From the NCBI GenBank assembly GCA_038227875.1, contig JBBRPR010000024.1:56559-120558 (forward strand): a stretch of DNA of 64,000 nt. Direction: 5' to 3'. A program made the translations under genes and the position numbers. This document shows positions 53,263 to 62,090 of the stretch, piece after piece. Within the stretch, counting starts at the first letter, position 1. Each line of letters begins with the position of its first letter. The stretch comes from Planctomycetota bacterium (lineage in GTDB: Bacteria > Planctomycetota > SZUA-567 > H5-PLA8). Below the pieces are notes generated by a model that saw only the letters and a list, made by a program, of their open reading frames with translations, searched no databases and was not told the origin of the DNA.

Positions 53263-53832
53263 ATGCCATCCAAAAAACGCAAAACAAACGGCCGGCGCAT
53301 CGGGGTGTACGCGGGATCGTTTGATCCGGTCACCAACGGGCATATGTACATGATCCGCGAAGGCGCGAAGCTCTTCGACGAGCTGATCGTCGCCATCGGC
53401 ATCAATCCCGATAAGAAGTACACGTTCACCCTTAAGCAGCGCCTCGAATTTCTGAAGGACTCCACCCGCGGCATCGCCAGCATCAAGCTCGAACACTTCA
53501 GCAACATGTTTCTGGTCGACTACGCGCGGACCATCGGCGCCGGATATATTCTGCGCGGCATCCGCAATCCCAACGACTACGAGTACGAACGGGCGATGCG
53601 CTACGTCAACGCCGACATGAATCCTGACGTGACCACCGTCTTCCTCGTCCCGCCCCGCGAGATCAGCGAAGTGTCGTCGAGCTTCGTGAAAGCCCTGGTC
53701 GGCCCTCAAGGCTGGGAGCGCATGGTCAAAGACTACCTCCCGCCATCGATCTATCCTCCCTTTATCAGCCACTTCAAGGCCGCGAAGGAGAGTACGAGCG
53801 GTGGGTTGAAGGATATGACCGACCGCGGCTGA
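53263..53832 (+). CDS. coaD: Phosphopantetheine adenylyltransferase
   Basis: YAGSFDPVTNGH, RGIR...DYEYE, VSSSFVK. Confidence 0.95.
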   Translation: MPSKKRKTNGRRIGVYAGSFDPVTNGHMYMIREGAKLFDELIVAIGINPDKKYTFTLKQRLEFLKDSTRGIASIKLEHFSNMFLVDYARTIGAGYILRGIRNPNDYEYERAMRYVNADMNPDVTTVFLVPPREISEVSSSFVKALVGPQGWERMVKDYLPPSIYPPFISHFKAAKESTSGGLKDMTDRG

Positions 53833-53867
53833 AGGATCATGCGCCGTTACGGTTGGAGTGAAAACAG

Positions 53868-54041
53868 ATGGCATCGGGGATCGGGCATCAGACATCGGAT
53901 AATGGGAATAGGTGGCCGTCAAAACACGATCCAGTACAAGTTGAGTTTGACTTTCCGATGCTTTGAAGCGCGAGGCCGATTCCCAGCGGGTTTCAGTTCG
54001 GTAACCGGTAGCGCCGATTAACTGATGCCCGATGCCATCCG
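53868..54041. repeat. Inverted heptamer-repeat hairpin element (GGCATCG family)
   Basis: gatggcatcggggatcgggcatcag ... ctgatgcccgatgccatcc. Confidence 0.7.
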
Positions 54042-54205
54042 TCCCTACCTCTGCACCTTGATATCTCAATACGACGAAAATTGTCACTTTCCGGAATTCT
54101 CCCATGAAATCATCACCAAACGCTCAAGGAAAACCTGTTGCGTGCATCTCGTGCGCATGCTATTACGGTGCGAAACCAAAATTAGATCCCAGCGAGGTGT
54201 TCTGA

Positions 54206-55948
54206 ATGGTCATCGCAGAACTTCATAAGATCCAGCACGACCACGGTTACATCCCGGAAAAGTCGCTCTACGAACTCTCCGCCAAGATGAATATCCCGGT
54301 CTACGAGCTCCATGGCGTAGCCTCTTTCTACCCGGGATTCCGCATGACTCCGCCGCCCAAGGTGGATGTCCTCGTCTGCGGCGACTTTCCGTGTCACCTC
54401 AATGGATGCGCCAAGCTCAAGGGCCAGCTTCAGGAATTGGCGTCCGGCCACGATGACGTTCACGTCGGCCACGTCTCCTGCTTGGGCCAGTGCGACCGCT
54501 CGCCGGCCTTCGTGATCAACGACCACGTCTTCGGCGGCAAGACCACTGAAGAGACCCTGGCGCTGGTCAAGTCGGCGATGGACGGGAAGAAAGTGGAAGG
54601 CATGCACTTCCACGGACTGAAAGGCCCGTTCCTCTGCGATCCGTACCCGACGAAAGAAGACCATTACGGCGCGGTCAAGGAACTCGCCAAATCCGGCGAT
54701 GCGGCCGGCGTGATCAAGAAGCTGAAAGACGGCGGCCTGCGCGGAATGGGCGGCGCCGGATTCCCCACGGGTATGAAGTGGGAAGCGGTCAAGAATTGCC
54801 CGGGCGATCAGAAGTACATCGTCTGCAACGCCGACGAGTGCGAAGTCGGAACGTTCAAAGACCGTGAAATCATGAAGAACACCCCGCACCTGCTCTGCGA
54901 AGGCATGGTGCTGGCCGGCTTGGTGACCGGAGCCAACAAGGGCTACATTTATATCCGCCACGAATACCATGATCAGATCCACATCATGGACGAAGAGATT
55001 GAGCGCGCCCGCAAGCTGGGCATCGTCGGCGAAAACGCCGCGGGCTCGGGTAAGAAGTTTGAGCTCCAGACGTTCACCAGCCCCGGCGGTTACATCCAGG
55101 GTGAAGAAAGCGCGCTGCTGGAAGCGATCGAAGGCAAGCGCGGCCAGCCCCGCATCAAGCCGCCGTTCCCGGTGTTCGTGGGTCTGTGGGGCAAGCCGAC
55201 GGTGATCAACAACGTCGAAACGCTGGCCTACACGCCGATGATCATCTCCAAAGGCGCCGACGCCTGGAAGGCGCTGGGCAAGCAGACGACGACGGTCATC
55301 GACTACGAGAAGGACGAAAAAGGCAACCCCAACACACAGAAGTGGACACTAAAGCCTGGTGGACCGGTCGCCGGCGTAAAGTGGATCGGCGTCAGCGGCC
55401 ACGTCAACAAGCCCGGCGTCTTCGAAGTGCCAATGGGGACGACCTACGAAGAAGCGATTTACACGCTCGCCGGCGGCATCTCCGGCGGACGCAAGCTCAA
55501 GGCGTTCGCGCCGTCCGGCCCGTCTGGCGGCTTCCTGCCGGCCTCGATGGTGGGGCTGTCGATGGATTTCGGAATCATGGGCAACGTCAAGTTCCGCGGC
55601 GGGTTCGGCTCCATGCTCGGCTCCGGCGCGATCGTGGCCATCGCCGAAGGCACCGACATGGTCGATCTCGCTTTGAACGCAACCCGTTTCTTCCGCAACG
55701 AATCCTGCGGAAAGTGCGTGCCTTGCCGCGTCGGTTCGCAGAAGATGGTCGACACGATCTTCTCGATCATGGACGGCCGCGGCACCAAGGAAGACATCGC
55801 CCACATCGACGAACTTGCCGACACGCTGCTGATGACCTCGATCTGCGGACTGGGCCAGGTCGTCCCCGCGCCGATCCTGTCGACACTGGAGTTCTTCCGC
55901 GACGAAATCAGCGCGCGCATCGACAAGACGCAGCTCAGCAAGAAGTAA
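54206..55948 (+). CDS. Fused NuoE/NuoF-like NAD(P)H-FMN diaphorase subunit
   Basis: NuoE-like GVASFY..C-x4-C..CLGQC; NuoF-like GLRGMGGAGFPTG, NADECEVGTFKDR, GEESAL, ESCGKCVPCR, SICGLG. Confidence 0.9.
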   Translation: MVIAELHKIQHDHGYIPEKSLYELSAKMNIPVYELHGVASFYPGFRMTPPPKVDVLVCGDFPCHLNGCAKLKGQLQELASGHDDVHVGHVSCLGQCDRSPAFVINDHVFGGKTTEETLALVKSAMDGKKVEGMHFHGLKGPFLCDPYPTKEDHYGAVKELAKSGDAAGVIKKLKDGGLRGMGGAGFPTGMKWEAVKNCPGDQKYIVCNADECEVGTFKDREIMKNTPHLLCEGMVLAGLVTGANKGYIYIRHEYHDQIHIMDEEIERARKLGIVGENAAGSGKKFELQTFTSPGGYIQGEESALLEAIEGKRGQPRIKPPFPVFVGLWGKPTVINNVETLAYTPMIISKGADAWKALGKQTTTVIDYEKDEKGNPNTQKWTLKPGGPVAGVKWIGVSGHVNKPGVFEVPMGTTYEEAIYTLAGGISGGRKLKAFAPSGPSGGFLPASMVGLSMDFGIMGNVKFRGGFGSMLGSGAIVAIAEGTDMVDLALNATRFFRNESCGKCVPCRVGSQKMVDTIFSIMDGRGTKEDIAHIDELADTLLMTSICGLGQVVPAPILSTLEFFRDEISARIDKTQLSKK

Positions 55949-55963
55949 GCGCGCTGACGCGCG

Positions 55964-56203
55964 AGGGGCCAGGGGTCAGGGGTCAGAATAGAGTCAGGTT
56001 ACTGCGAGTTGCTTAGCGCGGTGAGTTTGAGAGAGTAGAAGGCAGAATGCAGTGGCAGTAGGCAGGCAGGTTCGCAAGGCAATTGAGCAAGTCGGGAGCA
56101 GACGTTCGACAAGCGGTAAGGAGTGATCGGCCAAAGAAATGGGATCGTCGTAGAGTGGGAAGGCAACTCTATTCTGACCCCTGGCCCCTGACCCCTGACC
56201 CCT
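55964..56203. repeat. Inverted heptamer-repeat hairpin element (GGGGTCA family) inside the redox operon
   Basis: aggggccaggggtcaggggtcagaatagagt ... actctattctgacccctggcccctgacccctgacccct; ~170-nt spacer. Confidence 0.8.
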
Positions 56204-56237
56204 TGGCGTTTACGCCACACGCCACGAGGATAAGACG

Positions 56238-58466
56238 ATGAGCACAGCGGCAACCACGAAGACGGTAACTCTGACCATCGACGGCAAGCAGATCACCGTT
56301 CCGGAAGGGACGTCGATCTGGGATGCTTCGCGCGACAACGGGATCAACATCCCCGTGCTCTGTCACAAGCCCGGCTTGAATCCCGTCGGTGTCTGCCGCG
56401 CCTGCGTCGTTGAGGTTAAAGGCGCGCGCGTCTTCGCGGCCTCCTGCGTCCGCGCGTGCGAAAAGGACATGGTCGTCACGACCACCAACGAACGCCTCGA
56501 GCGCTCCCGCAAGACGCTGGTCAACCTGCTCCTGGCCGACCATCCGACGCCCTGCGAAAAGCACAAGGAAACCAAGAGCTGCGAACTGGAACTGCTGGCC
56601 GAAAAGCTCGGCATCAAGGCGTCGCCGTTCATCCATCGCGCGCCGACCAAGGACGCGGTGACCAAGGACGAGCACCTGCCGCACGACATCAGCTCGTGGC
56701 TGTTCACCAAGGGCAGCGACAAGTCCAATCCCTCCATCTTCATCGACCACGCCGCGTGCATCGTCTGCGACCGCTGCGTCCGCGCCTGCACGGAAGTCAA
56801 ACACAACAACGTCATCGGCCGCATGAACAAGGGCTATGGCACGAGCATCTCCTTCGACACGAACAAGCCGATGGGCTCGTCGAGTTGCGTGAACTGCGGC
56901 GAGTGCATGGTCTCCTGCCCGACCGGCGCGATCACCAGCCACGAAGCGGTGCACACGTCGCTGCCCGAAGGCCAGCCGCTGACCGTGCAGGAAATGATGG
57001 CGCTGCCGATCTTCCAGGGCATCTCGTCGGAATTCCTGAAGCGCAACGTCGGCGGCGTGGTGCTGCGGCGCTACAAGAAGGGCGAGATCATCTGCCGCGA
57101 AGGCGAATTCGGCTCGACCGCGTTTTACATCCTCAGCGGCAAGTCCGACGTCTACATCAACGCGCCGATGGGCCACGTCACCAGCAACAAAAAGGAAGCG
57201 AACACCGGCGGCCTGTTCGGCATCTTCCGCAAGTTCTCTCACAGCCTCGCCGGACGCAAGGAAGCGCCGCGTGAGGGCGAGAACCAGAATCGCTTCATCC
57301 GCATCGACGCGCCGATCGACCTGCCCTACGACAACCCGATCGCCAAGCTCCAGCCGACCGACCTCTTCGGCGAAATGACCTGCTTGAACTTCCTGCCGCG
57401 CTCGGCCACCGTCCGCGCCGCGGAAGACTGCGAAATGCTGGAAATGCTCCGCAACGTCCTCCAGATGCTGCAGAAGAACAAGGATTTCAAGAAGCAGCTC
57501 GACAAGAATTACCGCGAACGCGCGTTGACCCAGCATCTGCGCAGCGTGCCGATTCTCTCGGGCCTCGACGACAAGTTCATCGATCAGCTCCGCCACCGCG
57601 TGGAACTCGAACACTACGACGCCGGCGAACAGATCGTAAAGCAAAACGATCCGGCCGACGCCTTCTACCTCATCCGCGTCGGCTGCGTGCGCGTCTCGCA
57701 GAAGCATCCGGGCGGCGAAATGGTGCTCACGTACCTGGGACGTGGCGAGTTCTTCGGCGAAATGGGCTTGTTGAAGGGCGGCAAGCGTACCGCCTCCTGT
57801 ACGGCGCTCGACCACTGCGAAGTGGTGAAGATCAAGAAGGCCGACTTCGACTTCATGCTCAGCTGGTATGAAGACCTGCGCGCGAAGTTCACCGCGGAAG
57901 CCGAACGCCGCGAACGGGCCGCGAAGCTGATGGTGGAACACGCGCCCAGCGTCCCGCTCGACGACTTCCTCGGACAGGGCCTGATGCATGCCCAGAGCCT
58001 CCTGCTGCTGGATTTGGAAAAGTGCACGCGCTGCGACGAATGCGTCCGCGCCTGCGCCGATGCTCACGACGGCGTGACGCGCCTGGTCCGCGAAGGACTG
58101 CGCTTCGACAAGTACCTCGTGCCGACGTCCTGCCGTTCCTGCATGGACCCGCTGTGTATGATCGGTTGTCCGGTCGGTTCGATCCGGCGCAAGGAATCGC
58201 TGGAAATCATCATCGAAGACTGGTGCATCGGCTGCGGCCTGTGTTCGCAACAGTGCCCGTACGGCAACATCAGCATGCACGCCTTTGAGGTGAAGATCGA
58301 CGATCCCGATCACCCGGGCCAGAAGCGCGCGTCGGTCAAGGAAAAGGCCGTCACCTGCGACCTCTGTACGGAACTGCAGGAACCCAGCTGCGTCTACTCC
58401 TGCCCGCACGACGCCGCGCACCGCGTCAATGCGCGCGAGTTCTTCATGGCGAAGAAGACGGAGTAA
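56238..58466 (+). CDS. NuoG-N-like Fe-S wire + two cNMP-binding domains + 4x[4Fe-4S] ferredoxin domain
   Basis: LCH..GVCRAC..ASC; CIVCDRCVRAC; CVNCGECMVSCP; FGEM..PRSATV; FGEM..KRTASC; CTRCDEC, CRSC..C...CP, CIGCGLC, CDLC. Confidence 0.88.
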   Translation: MSTAATTKTVTLTIDGKQITVPEGTSIWDASRDNGINIPVLCHKPGLNPVGVCRACVVEVKGARVFAASCVRACEKDMVVTTTNERLERSRKTLVNLLLADHPTPCEKHKETKSCELELLAEKLGIKASPFIHRAPTKDAVTKDEHLPHDISSWLFTKGSDKSNPSIFIDHAACIVCDRCVRACTEVKHNNVIGRMNKGYGTSISFDTNKPMGSSSCVNCGECMVSCPTGAITSHEAVHTSLPEGQPLTVQEMMALPIFQGISSEFLKRNVGGVVLRRYKKGEIICREGEFGSTAFYILSGKSDVYINAPMGHVTSNKKEANTGGLFGIFRKFSHSLAGRKEAPREGENQNRFIRIDAPIDLPYDNPIAKLQPTDLFGEMTCLNFLPRSATVRAAEDCEMLEMLRNVLQMLQKNKDFKKQLDKNYRERALTQHLRSVPILSGLDDKFIDQLRHRVELEHYDAGEQIVKQNDPADAFYLIRVGCVRVSQKHPGGEMVLTYLGRGEFFGEMGLLKGGKRTASCTALDHCEVVKIKKADFDFMLSWYEDLRAKFTAEAERRERAAKLMVEHAPSVPLDDFLGQGLMHAQSLLLLDLEKCTRCDECVRACADAHDGVTRLVREGLRFDKYLVPTSCRSCMDPLCMIGCPVGSIRRKESLEIIIEDWCIGCGLCSQQCPYGNISMHAFEVKIDDPDHPGQKRASVKEKAVTCDLCTELQEPSCVYSCPHDAAHRVNAREFFMAKKTE

Positions 58467-58517
58467 GGAAGTACCGCAGGCTTCCCCCCTGCGTGAAAAT
58501 AAACCTGTTCACCAAAT

Positions 58518-58548
58518 AAAGCGCGCCGGCGGTTGCCGGCGCGCTTTC
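58518..58548. terminator. Bidirectional intrinsic terminator
   Basis: aaagcgcgccggc-ggtt-gccggcgcgcttt between convergent genes. Confidence 0.7.
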
Positions 58549-58598
58549 ATTATCGGAACTTGGACATCAAGCCGCAGGATGCCGGCGGTACATGCGGG

Positions 58599-59696
58599 TT
58601 ATCGGATCGCTTCAACTTCCAGCCGGGTGATCTTGAAGCAGGAGTTGTAAGCGCCGACGAAGATCTGATCTTTCTGGGTGATGGTCCAGTCGCCCGAGAG
58701 CGAGAGCTTTTCCGGTTCCGGCTTCCAACTCGTGAGCTTGCGGCCGTTCACGTTTACTTCAATCAAAGTCCGGCGCACGATCACCTGGACTTGCGTCGAC
58801 TTGACGCCGATTACCTGCTTGCCTTGGTACTTGGTAAGGTTGTCGCTGGCGCGCTTGCCGGAGATCATCTCAATGCCCGAGATCTTCGATTCCCAGCCGT
58901 CGATCAGCGCCACACACTGTTTGCCGCCGACGACCAGTCCGATCGCAAACGCCTCGTTGCCGTTCACGCGTTCGACGTTGGCCGTGATCGTGTATTCTTC
59001 GGGCGTCGCGTATTTGAAGGGCAGCTTCGTGGCTCCGGCCGCCGGGCAGATCAGTTCGCCGTTCTTCAATTCCCATTCGCCATTGATGCTGTCTTTGACG
59101 TTGGCGATCTTCAGCAGATCCACCGGTCCGTACTGCGGAACGACGGCCTTCTTTGCAGCCTTCTTCGGCTTTTCGGCCGAGAAGTCGATCGCGATCTTTT
59201 CCTTGCTCTCCTTGACGTCGACGGACTTGACCATCGGCTCGAAGCCATCCTTGGTCAGCGAGATCTCGTGCTTGCCTTCGATCAGATCAACGGTCGCCGG
59301 CGCGGTCACGGGCTTTTCATCGACCAGCTTGGGCGTCTTGTCGACGGTGATGTTCCAGCCTTCGTCGAGCAGGATGACGTCGACCGGATAAGTCGTCACT
59401 TCCAGTTTGTAGGGGTCAGGCTTGACGATGCCAGTACCCGTGATGTCGAGTTGCGCCTGCGTGTCCTTGTACTTGGCCAACCGCATCACGATCATGTGGC
59501 GGCCTTCGGGAAGCCGCATCAGGCCCGGCGTTTTGCCGAGCGATTTGAGATCATGCTTGGTGGGGTCGCTGGGATTGACGACATCCAACAGGACTTCGGC
59601 GCCGTTGGGGTCGGAGCGCAGAAAAACCTGACCCTCTGCGGCAGCGAGAGTACCTGTTATAGTAAGTACAACAATAGAACAGAGCGCTAGTCGCAT
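58599..59696 (-). CDS. Secreted PEGA-domain protein with C-terminal lectin-like beta-sandwich
   Basis: Signal peptide; SDPNGAEVLLD...GKTP....LPEGRH; second PEGA-like unit GKHEISLTKDGF. Confidence 0.65.
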   Translation of the reverse strand: MRLALCSIVVLTITGTLAAAEGQVFLRSDPNGAEVLLDVVNPSDPTKHDLKSLGKTPGLMRLPEGRHMIVMRLAKYKDTQAQLDITGTGIVKPDPYKLEVTTYPVDVILLDEGWNITVDKTPKLVDEKPVTAPATVDLIEGKHEISLTKDGFEPMVKSVDVKESKEKIAIDFSAEKPKKAAKKAVVPQYGPVDLLKIANVKDSINGEWELKNGELICPAAGATKLPFKYATPEEYTITANVERVNGNEAFAIGLVVGGKQCVALIDGWESKISGIEMISGKRASDNLTKYQGKQVIGVKSTQVQVIVRRTLIEVNVNGRKLTSWKPEPEKLSLSGDWTITQKDQIFVGAYNSCFKITRLEVEAIR

Positions 59697-59791
59697 GGGC
59701 TGTTTACTCCTTTTTACCTTATCTAGCAGGGTTTTTCGTCGAAGCTACGGTCTGGCTCGGGACTGTCCCGTTAGCAGTACTACAGCCAACG

Positions 59792-60361
59792 TTATTTCTC
59801 GTTGTCGTAAAGATTCGGTGCGCCTTTGTTGACGTCCGGGCGGCTGCGGTTGGCGTCGGCTGTTTCCTGCTTGTTCTGCTCGCGCGCGGTCTTCATCGGA
59901 TTGGGATCCATGCCTGCATCCTTGCGCAATTCCGCGAGCTTCTTGAGCTGCGTGGAGTTGAGAATGCGCGCGACATCCGTGACCACGTTCTCCAATTTCA
60001 AGCCGCCCTTTTTCTCCATGGCCGTGCGCAGATTTTTGCGGGCGGAGTGAATCGCTTCCTGATCGCCGCTTTGCTGGGCTTCGTACTGAGCTTTAAAAAG
60101 CTCCTTCATATCCGGGTCATCTTTGAGCTTTTCGCGTTCCTGCGTCACCTTGGTGTTGAGATCATCAAGCTGCTTGACCTGCGCGGCGGTGAGATCGAGT
60201 TCCTTCTCGTGGCCAATAATGAACTCCAAGCCATCCTTGGGACCGCCTGCCGGTTTGTTTTTGCCCTTACCTTTATTCGGGGCGTCGGCCGCGAAGAGGC
60301 TGGAACCCAAGACCAGAAGAGTGGTCAGAAAGGCGAAGGTGCGCAGCGATTTCAAGCACAT
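59792..60361 (-). CDS. Secreted helical protein, Spy/CpxP-like (LTxxQ)
   Basis: Signal peptide; LDLTAAQ and LNSTQ motifs. Confidence 0.5.
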   Translation of the reverse strand: MCLKSLRTFAFLTTLLVLGSSLFAADAPNKGKGKNKPAGGPKDGLEFIIGHEKELDLTAAQVKQLDDLNTKVTQEREKLKDDPDMKELFKAQYEAQQSGDQEAIHSARKNLRTAMEKKGGLKLENVVTDVARILNSTQLKKLAELRKDAGMDPNPMKTAREQNKQETADANRSRPDVNKGAPNLYDNEK

Positions 60362-60656
60362 GGCGGTAAATCCCCCACTTCCGTGTGTGGAAACCCTACA
60401 TTTGGGGTGACCACTAATGGACAGGGCTCAATTATGCATACCCCAGGCCAGTGAAGTCCAGACAATAAATGCACATGTTTTTAAAAACCATAGGTCATTA
60501 GAATGCTAAAATAGCACGCGTTTTTTGGTTTGCGATAGGTGATCAAGGTTCGACTTATGTTTCGTGCGATAGAGGCATAGAAATGCGAAGTCTGCTTGAA
60601 ATATCGGAAGTGCTCGGTGATAACGTTCGCTCCACGACGCAAGCACTACTGCGCGA

Positions 60657-60739
60657 GGGCAGGTGGCCGAGCGGTCAAAGGCAACAGACTGTAAATCTGT
60701 CAGCGAAAGCTTACGGGGGTTCAAATCCCTCCCTGCCCA
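60657..60739 (+). tRNA. tRNA-Tyr (GTA), CCA not encoded
   Basis: Acceptor stem GGGCAGG/CCTGCCC; anticodon arm acaga-ctGTAaa-tctgt; long variable arm; GTTCAAATC T-loop. Confidence 0.95.
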
Positions 60740-61617
60740 TTTTGATTGGTACCAATGACTTACGGGTCATAAAGAACCCGTAAGTCATTGGATTTTTTAG
60801 GCGGTTCAGATCGTCAAAATACCTCCTTTGTACCCCCGGCAGTACCCCCGCGTCTTATGTCTCCAGTAATCCAGCGTTGTCGTCAGACGCCACGACGAAG
60901 TTCGATGTACCCGCTGCCCGTGCTAATGCAGTGGTGGAGCGCCGACGGGCCGATGCCCGTGGTCTCGCGGCGCACTGAGGGGCGGTAGTGCAAGACCGCG
61001 GGATCCGAAATGGCGGCATTGCGCGGGGACGGCAATGGGGCACGCCGGGGTCTCTGGTCTGCGCATCTCACAAATGGCTGGGCAATAGCGAGGCGATCTG
61101 TCGCCGGCACTACATTGCCGACGTCGGTGCGGAGGATTGGCCGTTGAGCTGGGGCATTGAATCATAGCGAATTCGGCTTGCCTCCAAGGGCTTGGAAGTT
61201 GAGGATTTCGCTGTGAAAGGACTGGGTTCAAATCCCAGAGATGGCTTTAGTTCTCATAGGTGATTTGTTCCCGCCGAACTCATTTGTTATACCCGATTGT
61301 TACACCCACGTCGGCCCGTCGTTCGATCTGCAGCCATCCAACGCGGTATGCCTAGCGCCGAAGGCTCACTTCACCAGGTTGATCAGTCGGCATTCACGCA
61401 TAAAATTGCTTGGTCGAAATTTTAAGGGTGTCAAACGGTATGCCCCATATCGTGCCAATTTCGCGGCCCGGCAGGTCTTATTTTTCGACCCGGTTTAACC
61501 CTCCTGTCACGGGCAGTCCATCCGTGCCGATCTCCACTACGCCCGCGAGCTCGGTGGCACGGCGACTGAGGCTTGGACTACCGAGCGCCGCGGAGATGGA
61601 TTGAGCGCTCAGCTCCT

Positions 61618-62001
61618 TCAACCGCAGAGCGAAAAAGCCGCTAGAGTGGTTATCAGCACCAGTGGCAGCGATGGAGTGTTTGGTGGACTTTGTCGGAGGC
61701 GTGACCGAAGCACGGAGTTGTTTTCGATTTGCTGCATGATGGCGAGCTTCAGCGCATGCTGGTAGTTTTTCTTCGGCTTGTAACCAGGAATGTATTTCAG
61801 GCCGGCTTCATCAAGGATGGCACTAATGTTCTGGTGTTTGAGCTCGACAGAGGATTGGGTGCGTTGATTCAGCAACAACCGCAGACGCCGGTTATGCGCC
61901 GCTTTGTTGTAGTCACCGCCATCGAGTTCTATTAATAGCATTTCGAAGTAATCGTGGACGACTGCTTCAATCTCAGCGTTGCTCCATCCATTATTCGGCA
62001 T
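61618..62001 (-). CDS. Stand-alone or truncated N-terminal domain of DUF3883/HNH-type endonucleases
   Basis: WSNAEIEAVVHDYFEML...YNKAAH...RTQSSVELKHQNISAIL...GYKP..NYQ; no nuclease motif follows. Confidence 0.55.
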   Translation of the reverse strand: MPNNGWSNAEIEAVVHDYFEMLLIELDGGDYNKAAHNRRLRLLLNQRTQSSVELKHQNISAILDEAGLKYIPGYKPKKNYQHALKLAIMQQIENNSVLRSRLRQSPPNTPSLPLVLITTLAAFSLCG

Positions 62002-62090
62002 TTCACCAGGCTATTCCCGTTTGCAATGCTCTGCAAGGATGTGTTCGATCTTTACCGTGGACGATCGCAGACCCGCGTCATACGCAAGGA

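Noticed and set aside
54206..58466. Part of complex I, a formate dehydrogenase or an [FeFe] hydrogenase
   Set aside because: No membrane Nuo subunits, molybdopterin domain or H-cluster motifs; the operon ends at a terminator.
60855..61600. Degraded integrase or small ORFs after the tRNA
   Set aside because: Only a vague 'LHHCISTGSGY' resemblance; no convincing R-H-R-H-Y catalytic set or consistent frame.
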